Below, in pieces: positions 8,623-15,866 of a stretch of 16,693 nt of DNA (position 1 is its first letter; each line of letters starts with the position of its first letter). Under the pieces are notes generated by a model that did not search any database, was not told the origin of the DNA, and worked only from the letters and a program-made list of their open reading frames with translations. Location: positions 1 to 16,693 of the forward strand of contig JAGXNO010000061.1 of NCBI GenBank assembly GCA_019894975.1, given 5' to 3'. Source of the DNA: Promethearchaeota archaeon (GTDB lineage Archaea; Asgardarchaeota; Lokiarchaeia; Sigyniarchaeales; SOKP01). The translations under genes and the position numbers were made by a program.

Positions 8623-9102
8623 CTAACTTGGAAATTCATAAATAACTAATTCTACATGAGTGAGATACTTAAATTTTGCCGTACTACGGCCTCGGGCTCG
8701 TTCAATATATCTTTTTATAATTCTTCCCCGATGGGCGGCAGCATGAATAATTCTACAGCTTTCAATATCCAATCCTTTATACTCTCCATTAGCTTCCACT
8801 GAAGTGAGAATTTCATAAATTCGAGCTGCAGTTTTTTGAGGAAATTTTCCAGCATACCACTTAAACTGTTTTAAATCCTTCCGATGAGGGGCTTTTTTCT
8901 TATATCTTCTAAAAGGGACTGATTGTTTTAATTGGATAACATTTTCGAGAAATTCTTTGGCTCGATCAACTCTCATCCCTTTTAATACAGCACAAATCTC
9001 CCGTGCGTGTTTTGGTTTAATTCTTAAATCTCTACCTGATGCTTTTGCAAGTCTTTCAGAATCATATTTTTGTTCTGTAAATGAATAACCCCAGTTAGGC
9101 AT
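8623..9102 (-). CDS. rpl22: 50S ribosomal protein uL22
   Basis: AKASGRDLRIKPKHAREIC, VPFRRY, GKFPQK, RARGR...THVELV. Confidence 0.97.
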   Translation of the reverse strand: MPNWGYSFTEQKYDSERLAKASGRDLRIKPKHAREICAVLKGMRVDRAKEFLENVIQLKQSVPFRRYKKKAPHRKDLKQFKWYAGKFPQKTAARIYEILTSVEANGEYKGLDIESCRIIHAAAHRGRIIKRYIERARGRSTAKFKYLTHVELVIYEFPS

Positions 9103-9135
9103 AATTTTTCATCTCTTTAATCTTATTATCATAAT

Positions 9136-9669
9136 TTACTTTAATGGTACATATTTTGAACTTCTTGTGGCTCCAATACCTGGTGAACCGTGAGAAACAC
9201 GCTTCCTTGTTAAGGAGAATTCCCCAAGATAATGACCAATCATTTCTGGTTTAATATCAACTACTTCAAAATTCCTTCCGTTATAGACACCAATTTTTAA
9301 TCCAACCATTTCCGGAAAAATTATCATATCTCTGATATGTGTTCGGGTTAAAAGATCTTTTCCGCGTTTTTTGGCACGGAAAGCCCTTCTAAGTCTTTCA
9401 AGTAATTTTCTTTGCCTAGGAGGGAGTCCTCGCTTCACGGATCGCCTTGCTCTAGCTGGTAATAATTGTATAAACTGATCCATATTCATTTTCTTAAGTT
9501 CTTCTAGTGTATATCCTCTATAATGAAATCTTAATCTATCAAGTTCTTTCTGTGCATCTAATTCTTCTTCATCTTCTTCTTCTTCGACTTCTTCAATAAT
9601 TTCTTCAGAAGGTTCTTCCTCTTCTAATTCTTCTTCCGGGTTCTCATTGATATCTTCATTCGGAGCCAT
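9136..9669 (-). CDS. rps19: 30S ribosomal protein uS19 with ~45-aa highly acidic N-terminal extension
   Basis: [62 protein letters not shown]. Confidence 0.97.
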   Translation of the reverse strand: MAPNEDINENPEEELEEEEPSEEIIEEVEEEEDEEELDAQKELDRLRFHYRGYTLEELKKMNMDQFIQLLPARARRSVKRGLPPRQRKLLERLRRAFRAKKRGKDLLTRTHIRDMIIFPEMVGLKIGVYNGRNFEVVDIKPEMIGHYLGEFSLTRKRVSHGSPGIGATRSSKYVPLK

Positions 9670-9794
9670 TTTTAAACCAATCTGCTTTATTCTTTAATTT
9701 TATTCAGTTAATTTTTTCCGATATAACTTCATACGGTAAGGATTTTAGTGTTGCTTTTAATTTTAACTTTTAGGTTAAGTAGGTGAAAATCATA

Positions 9795-9810
9795 AAACTT
9801 ATAAGGTTTA
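9795..9810 (-). promoter_or_regulatory. Candidate TATA box for the r-protein operon
   Basis: Minus strand TAAACC-TTATAA (TTATAA at 9799-9804), ~130 nt upstream of the uS19 ATG; weak evidence in AT-rich DNA. Confidence 0.3.
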
Positions 9811-9887
9811 GATGCAGTTTTCATGAGAATCTTAGATTCTCAATTCCTTTCAAGGTTTATGAACTATTTTCTTCTGTACCAACTGTA

Positions 9888-10568
9888 TTAGAAGTATTGA
9901 TTTGGGTTAAAAATACGATGTATATCGTTTTCATCAAATATTCCATCCCATCTTTCCTTTATTAAAATAAATTGATCTGCTTCTTTGTTTGGATTGATAA
10001 CTGAATGGAAAGAGTTTATCTTATTTTGAAATTTAGTGCCTTTTTCTACGTAGTAATGAATTTTATTTCCGTTAATGATTATAGGTTTGCCATCCAAAAT
10101 CTCCCAGTATTCGTTCCTATTCTTATGTATTTGGATTGAAAGCCCAAATTCTGGTTTTACAAAAATTAGATTATAATTTGTATAAGTAAATTTGAAGCTA
10201 TACCACTTAGGAAGGGTATCAATATAGTCATTTGGAATGTCATACCTTTCTATAAATTGGTCTACATTAAAATAGATTTTCTCTGAATTTTCATGTACGT
10301 ACGGATCATAAAGAATCTGATGGTTTGAAACATCAAGATTATACTGAAGCGTAAGAGGTTTTTTTCCTTTATTTATAATCATATAATAATCATAGGGTTT
10401 TATTATTAAATCGGGATCCTTGATTTCTTCAGTTTTAAATGAATTTCCATTTATAAGGAAAATGTTTTGCAAACCTTCAGAACTTATGGAAAGTATCAAT
10501 TCTTTAGAGTTATTCTTTCTAAGTGAATTACTTCTTTCGGGTAAAATTGCTTCTCTATACAAATTCAT
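9888..10568 (-). CDS. Cupin protein with C-terminal type II phosphomannose-isomerase-like domain
   Basis: LSIQIHKNRNEYWEILDG ... FHSVIN ... GIFDENDIHRI matches the LSLQxHxxRxExW / HxxxN / ExDIxR pattern; GGAGGT SD in the 8-nt gap after the ribokinase stop. Confidence 0.75.
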   Translation of the reverse strand: MNLYREAILPERSNSLRKNNSKELILSISSEGLQNIFLINGNSFKTEEIKDPDLIIKPYDYYMIINKGKKPLTLQYNLDVSNHQILYDPYVHENSEKIYFNVDQFIERYDIPNDYIDTLPKWYSFKFTYTNYNLIFVKPEFGLSIQIHKNRNEYWEILDGKPIIINGNKIHYYVEKGTKFQNKINSFHSVINPNKEADQFILIKERWDGIFDENDIHRIFNPNQYF

Positions 10569-10576
10569 ACCTCCAC

Positions 10577-11545
10577 TTAATTTACCTTAATGTTTGAATC
10601 CTTTAATCTTTCTTCAATTTCTTTTAAATCAGGCATAGAATCTTGAGCACCCTTTCTAGTAACTGCTATGGATGCTGCGATTATAGCATATTTTACAGCA
10701 TTAATAATTGTTTCACCTTGACTAAGTTTGCTAGCTAATACCCCAATAAAACAGTCCCCAGCTCCAACTGTATCAACAACATCAACTTTAGGTGCAGATA
10801 TTTCCACAAATTTATCTTCCTTACTGAGATAGATTAAACATCCTTTATCTCCTAAAGTTGTAATTACATATTTAATACCTAAATTAGCAATTTCTCTAGA
10901 AATCTGTTTAATTTTTTGCTTCCCTTCTCCCGGATCTCCATGTAACTTCATATTTGAATACAATCTATGTAGTTCTCCTTCGTTAGGTACGATAATATCG
11001 ACATTTTTCAGAGTTTCTAAGGAAATTGGCTTCAATGGTGCAGGATTTAAAATTTTTATGACATCCCCTTCTGAAGCTATTCTAAACACCGTTTCAATTG
11101 TTTTAATAGGTATTTCCATTTGTACAACTAACACACTAGCATTTTTGATAACATCTGCTTTAGATCTTATATCTTCTACAGATAAATTAAAATTTGATCC
11201 TGGAGCAACACTTATCATATTTTCCCCCTTTTCATCTATTAATATGAAAGCTACTCCACTTGCATTTTCACTATCTCTTATTACATGACTCATGTTTATG
11301 CCTTCTTCAGCTAACTGAGAAATCATCTGATTTCCAAAATTATCTGTACCAATTTTCCCAATAAAAGTAGTAGTTGCTCCGGATCTAACTGCTGCTACAG
11401 CCTGATTAGCACCTTTCCCTCCAAGAAATTGTTTAAATCTCCCCCCAGTGACTGTTTCTCCTGGGTTTGGGAATCGTTCAGAATAGATGTTCAAATCCAT
11501 ATTACTGGAACCAATTATTAGCACATATTTAGTCTCTTTGGGCAT
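10577..11545 (-). CDS. rbsK: Ribokinase (PfkB family)
   Basis: IGSSNMDL, GGKGANQAVAA, GENMISVAPGSN, QMEIP, NPAP, PNEGE, DTVGAGDCFIG, GAQDSMP. Confidence 0.9.
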   Translation of the reverse strand: MPKETKYVLIIGSSNMDLNIYSERFPNPGETVTGGRFKQFLGGKGANQAVAAVRSGATTTFIGKIGTDNFGNQMISQLAEEGINMSHVIRDSENASGVAFILIDEKGENMISVAPGSNFNLSVEDIRSKADVIKNASVLVVQMEIPIKTIETVFRIASEGDVIKILNPAPLKPISLETLKNVDIIVPNEGELHRLYSNMKLHGDPGEGKQKIKQISREIANLGIKYVITTLGDKGCLIYLSKEDKFVEISAPKVDVVDTVGAGDCFIGVLASKLSQGETIINAVKYAIIAASIAVTRKGAQDSMPDLKEIEERLKDSNIKVN

Positions 11546-11699
11546 AAATAAAGAACCTTTTTTGAGTTTTTTTTATATGATATAGTTTATTTAAGGAATA
11601 GCATAATATTTTCTTTACGAAAGTTACATCTTTAATCGATTTTTAAGAGAAAATTTGGAAAAAGATAGATAGTTTGATAGAATGGTTTTAATTGAATAG

Positions 11700-11730
11700 T
11701 TTGTTAAGATTTAATATATATATAATTTTA
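11700..11730. promoter_or_regulatory. AT-only TATA-like stretch in the divergent rbsK / membrane-protein intergenic region
   Basis: TTTAATATATATATAAT at 11710-11726 between divergent genes. Confidence 0.3.
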
Positions 11731-11785
11731 ATTAAAATCAATTAAAACAAATAAAATTTAAAAAGAATTGAGGAGTTGAACCACT

Positions 11786-12064
11786 ATAGCAAAAGATAAA
11801 GTTATAGGGGCTATTGTTGTAATTGTCGGCCTTTTAATCGCTGTTATTTACACAATGGGCTCTGTTCTTGATTTATGGCTTGATTTAAAATTTGTACTTT
11901 TTGATATTGATTGGTTAAATTGGAAAATCTTTACCGTAGGACCCATTTGGCTGTTTGTGATGCTAATTTCTATCATAGCCATATGGATTGGTTATAGCAT
12001 GCTCACAACACCTGCTCCGGTTCCACTGGAAGAACTTGAGGAGGAGTTGGCATCAGAAGATTAA
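11786..12064 (+). CDS. Small two-TM membrane protein of a conserved archaeal type (92 aa), apparent ATA start
   Basis: Frame is open upstream of the track ATG (11855) to an in-frame TGA at 11777, adding (M)AKDKVIGAIVVIVGLLIAVIYT (first TM helix); GAGGAG SD at 11770-11775; C-terminal WIGYSMLTTPAPVPLEELEEE resembles a widespread archaeal small membrane family (from memory). Confidence 0.75.
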   Translation: MAKDKVIGAIVVIVGLLIAVIYTMGSVLDLWLDLKFVLFDIDWLNWKIFTVGPIWLFVMLISIIAIWIGYSMLTTPAPVPLEELEEELASED

Positions 12065-12083
12065 TTTTAACTAATCTAATAAA

Positions 12084-12110
12084 TCTATATTTTTTATTTT
12101 TTCTTATTTT
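12084..12110 (+). terminator. Oligo-T terminator after the membrane-protein gene
   Basis: T7-A-T6-C-TTATTTT run shortly after the stop. Confidence 0.45.
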
Positions 12111-12244
12111 AAAACTAAATCTCTGATACTATTCATACAAAAATTTATTACTGATTCAGATATCTCGTCAAGATTTAAATCTTTGAATTGTATTATTGTT
12201 ATTAAAGTAGACAATTCCTTTTTCAGAACTTTTTTGAAAGACTT

Positions 12245-13510
12245 ATGGAAGAATTTAGGGTTAATGATTATATTATGTTGAAGTTGGAGGGTCAGGAGAC
12301 TTTCGTTTATATTCAGGAAGTGAAGTTTATCCAATGTAAGTACTTGTTGTTAACTATTCCTGAAGCAAATATCAACTATTTTGCTGAAATCAAGTCAATT
12401 GATGAAGCTGCAGATCTCCTTGATAAATCCCTTGAGCCCGAACCTGATTCGCAGCACCAACTGCAACGAAATGATACAATTCCTCCTGAAGTCGAATTCT
12501 GGGGACACTGCTCAAACCTACAAGCATGGACGGAAATGAACTACGATACTAGGCTTCTTCACAGCAATATCGCATTCCCTTTATTAAAAAAACTCACAGA
12601 CGTAGGAGATCCAAAAGCAAAGAAGGTATTTAAAGACGAGATTGGGAAAAAAATAAGTGGAACTCATATCTCACCAATTTTGTTTCTTGTAGCGGAAGGA
12701 TATCTGGATTATTTGACAGAGGAAGAGATAATCAGTTGCTTATCATCCAATGATTTTAGTCTGTTTAAATCTGCTTACAATGCATATAGAAATTCAGGTA
12801 GCTTGGATTTTGAGGATTTTTCAAAGGTAGATGAATTACATCATATGCTGGCGAAATATATGATTAGACCTCTTGAAGACATGTTAATAAAAGCATTTAA
12901 GCAGAATAATTTTAAAGGTTTTGAGTTATTAATGAGAATGATGGGTCCTTTAGAAGACTCAGACTTATGCTACATCGTAAAGAATAGGAAACTCAAGTTC
13001 ATTAAAAATTTAGTTAATATATTTGTAAATAATGAAGTTGATTTTTTTGAAGTAAGTTATCGAGTATTTGAATTGATTGATAAATTTTCATCATTTAAGA
13101 TTGAGAATCAGTTGTATAAAATTATTCAAGAAGAAAATCCTAAAGCAATTGAGACTGCAATAGATATAGGTCTTTTTCAAAATATCGAATATAAGAAATT
13201 AGAGGAAATAGTGATAAATTCTTTTGAGCCCCTCCTCTTTAGCCTAATCGCTATTGATGAATCTAGTGATTATCAAGATGGGTATCTGTTCTCAGTAGAG
13301 AAAATTAAGGAAATCCTCTTCGATTATGCTAGTGAAAACTACTCTTTAGTATCTTCTCAATTAAAAAGAATTTTTACAAAAAGTATTAAAAACAATTACT
13401 TAAGGGGATTATATTATTTTTTCGATAGTGAATCACCCTTAGGTAATACTATCAAAGAGAACGACTATGACTTCTTTATCACTATTCAGAGGTCTCAATC
13501 TCCTCTTTAG
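12245..13510 (+). CDS. Lokiarchaeal expanded-family protein (N-terminal EFWGHCSNLQAW domain) with a helical, non-LRR C-terminus
   Basis: EFRVNDYIMLKLE..FIQCKYLLL..SIDEAAD..EFWGHCSNLQAW..YDTRLLHSNIAFPLLKKL..GDPKAKKVFKDEI; recognised from memory as a domain frequently paralogous in Lokiarchaeia. Confidence 0.7.
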   Translation: MEEFRVNDYIMLKLEGQETFVYIQEVKFIQCKYLLLTIPEANINYFAEIKSIDEAADLLDKSLEPEPDSQHQLQRNDTIPPEVEFWGHCSNLQAWTEMNYDTRLLHSNIAFPLLKKLTDVGDPKAKKVFKDEIGKKISGTHISPILFLVAEGYLDYLTEEEIISCLSSNDFSLFKSAYNAYRNSGSLDFEDFSKVDELHHMLAKYMIRPLEDMLIKAFKQNNFKGFELLMRMMGPLEDSDLCYIVKNRKLKFIKNLVNIFVNNEVDFFEVSYRVFELIDKFSSFKIENQLYKIIQEENPKAIETAIDIGLFQNIEYKKLEEIVINSFEPLLFSLIAIDESSDYQDGYLFSVEKIKEILFDYASENYSLVSSQLKRIFTKSIKNNYLRGLYYFFDSESPLGNTIKENDYDFFITIQRSQSPL

Positions 13511-13814
13511 AATCTTAATGATCTCATTAAAATTTACTTCGAATTTGTTTTTTTCTTAACATCATGAACTTTATAAAGAAACAATTTTGTTATTACTTAT
13601 TCTTCGGTAATGTTATAATTGTTACTATGGTTTTCTTCTATTGTAATGCAAGACTTTGATAAGTTAACAATTTTTGTAGGTAACCTTAAATAAACGAAAT
13701 AAAATATTATATTTAGCGATTTAAGATTGTTATTAATTCAGCAATGTATTCACATTTATTTAATGTGGTTTTTATTGAATAATATTCTAAAAATTTAATT
13801 TGGTGAATTTCAAT

Positions 13815-15109
13815 TTGACTTCAGAAATAGTAATTATGAATAGAGAAGCAATAGCTTTAGCTGCTGATAGCGCTGCAAGTTACTCTGAGAGTGATGGGAG
13901 AAAAATATTTCAGTCTGCAAATAAAATATTCACATTATCGAAATATAGACCCGTAGGAATAATGATATATGGTAGCGCAACTCTTATGAGAGTTTACTGG
14001 GAAACAGTAATAAAAGTATATAGAACAAAGTTAGGTAAAAAAAACTTTAAGACTTTAAAAGGATTCGCTGATGATTTTATTAATTTTATTAAAAATAACT
14101 TTGCACTCTTTCCTGAATCAGAACGGACTTTATTTGTTGAGAGTTGTATTTATAGCTATTTTAAAAAGATCAGAGATGATATTAATAAAGCAATAGAAGA
14201 AGAATTTGAGGACGGTAAAAAAAAAAACTTAGCGAGATTTTAAAATTAGTTTCCACTAAAATTAATGAAGATTATGATATATGGAAAAAAGGTAATAAAA
14301 TACCTGATATAAATACAGCAATATTACAAAAATTGGAATCTAAAATCTCTTCTAAAATTGAAGAATATAAATTGGAGCTTTTTGAAGATTTGCCTTTAAA
14401 CCAGCAACTATCTCAAAAACTTAATGATATTGCTTTATTGCTTTTTTCAAGATGTCCTGATGAAATTTTTCAATCTCACTTATCAGGATTAGTAATTGCG
14501 GGATTTGGCCAAGAAGATTTTTTCCCTCAAATGTATGCTTATTCTATTGTTGGATTGGCTTATGAACATGTAGTTTATGAGGTTAAACAGATAGAAAAAA
14601 TTGATTTTGATAGTAGAGCTACTATTATTCCATTTGCTCAAAGTGAAATGGTACATACTTTTATGTCAGGAATAGATCCCTTTTTTAACGAAAATATCGA
14701 AATTTTTATATCAGAAGTAATAAATGAATATCCTAAGCTTATAATTGAAAATTTACCCAATTTAGATCAAAAGGAAAAAAAAAAATTAGAAAATAAATAT
14801 AAAAATATTGGAAAAAAAGAATTTAAAAAGATTGTGGATAAGTTGGAATCAATAAAAACAAAGTTTTTTGTTGATCCTATAATGAAAGTTGTAGGAATGC
14901 TTCCGAAAGATGAACTTGCAGCTATGGCAGAATCTCTAGTAAACCTAACCTCGTTTAAAAGAAAAGTATCTATGCAGGAAGAAACTGTTGGCGGTCCTAT
15001 AGATGTCGCACTTATTTCTAAGGGAGAAGGTTTTATTTGGATTAAAAGAAAGCATTACTTTAAACCCGAGTTGAATCCACAATTTTTCGCAAATTATTAT
15101 AGGGATTAA
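13815..15109 (+). CDS. Proteasome-beta/Ntn-hydrolase-like protein (~431 aa if joined), interrupted by a -1 frameshift at A11 (14217-14227); intact-by-recoding versus pseudogene unresolved
   Basis: GGTGA SD (13802-13806) then TTG ACT gives Thr1 after Met removal; ALAAD17S, NK36IF, VGIMIYG and C-terminal ETVGGPIDVALISKGEG match the beta-subunit pattern; the two track ORFs join across the A-run. Confidence 0.7.
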
Positions 15110-15122
15110 AGGGAGGGATAAA

Positions 15123-15302
15123 ATGGAGGAAAAAAAATTGGAGAAAGGAGAAATTTTTAATTCATTTATAGAATACGAGAAAAAGTTTTTTCCTAAACTT
15201 CATAAAAAAAAAATTGATAAAAAAATTGATGAAAAAAATCATCGTTTTGGAGATAATTTAGCAAAAGATTTTCTTGAAAACGTACGAGAAGAGGTAAAAT
15301 GA
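15123..15302 (+). CDS. Small hypothetical protein (59 aa), not in ORF track
   Basis: MEEKKLEKGEIFNSFIEYEKKFFPKLHKKKIDKKIDEKNHRFGDNLAKDFLENVREEVK*; strong GGGAGG SD; starts 13 nt after the upstream stop. Confidence 0.7.
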   Translation: MEEKKLEKGEIFNSFIEYEKKFFPKLHKKKIDKKIDEKNHRFGDNLAKDFLENVREEVK

Positions 15303-15337
15303 ATCAATTTTAGCAAATCTTTTATTTTTAGCAAATT

Positions 15338-15393
15338 GAAGGTAGAATGGATGTTCCAGTTGATTTCTGGTGCCTTCTATTTTTTTATTTTTT
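15338..15393 (+). terminator. Stem-loop plus T-tract downstream of the Ntn/small-ORF module
   Basis: GAAGGTA(15338-44)/TGCCTTC(15371-77) stem followed by T7-A-T6. Confidence 0.4.
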
Positions 15394-15619
15394 CCTTTCC
15401 TTATTTATCTATTAAAAGAGATATTAGCAGTACCTTGATTAGTAATGATTTTTTTAATTAAAAATTAAAAGTTTAAAATTTAAAACAAATCAATCACGAA
15501 CTAATTTTCTAAATAAGAACGAAATTTATATTTTTTATACTATTATCAAAGGTAGGATTATATTAAAATAATCATAATTTTGAAAACAAAAAAATCGAAT
15601 ATAAAGGAGTCAAAAAACA

Positions 15620-15817
15620 ATGTCCTTTGATATTAAACTAGATTTAGATGCTTGTACCGGTTGTGGTACCTGCTACGAAGTATGCCCTTCTGAATGCTTT
15701 GGCGAACCCGAGGGTGGCAAAGTAAACGTTATAGAAGAAAACAGAGAAGATTGCGTAGGTTGTAGGGCATGTGAAACTCAATGTCCTGACGAGGCAATAG
15801 AAATCATTGAGAATTAG
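15620..15817 (+). CDS. 2x[4Fe-4S] ferredoxin
   Basis: CTGCGTCYEVCP and CVGCRACETQCP (two CxxCxxCxxxCP motifs); AGGAG SD at 15605-15609. Confidence 0.93.
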   Translation: MSFDIKLDLDACTGCGTCYEVCPSECFGEPEGGKVNVIEENREDCVGCRACETQCPDEAIEIIEN

Positions 15818-15835
15818 GCTTTCAGTATTGGTATA

Positions 15836-15862
15836 TTTAATTTCTTTTTTCTTTTTATTTTA
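15836..15862 (+). terminator. Oligo-T terminator after ferredoxin
   Basis: Successive T-runs (TTTC-T6-C-T5-A-T5) between convergent genes. Confidence 0.5.
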
Positions 15863-15866
15863 GGTA

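Noticed and set aside
9560-9640. (TTC)n-like repeats
   Set aside because: These are simply Glu codons of the uS19 acidic tail, not a repeat array or CRISPR
9783-9965. 60-aa plus-strand ORF
   Set aside because: Overlaps the cupin 3' end antisense and the probable promoter; no recognisable features
11058-11288. 76-aa plus-strand ORF
   Set aside because: Antisense to ribokinase
12104-12334. 76-aa minus-strand ORF
   Set aside because: Overlaps the start of the 421-aa gene head-to-head and has no motif; a gene remnant cannot be fully excluded
13564-13659. 31-codon hydrophobic ORF (MNFIKKQFCYYLFFG...)
   Set aside because: No SD; expected by chance in T-rich intergenic DNA
14333-15109. Independent 258-aa gene starting at TTG 14333
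   Set aside because: No SD; the frame is open back to the A11 tract, and it supplies the C-terminal half of the Ntn fold
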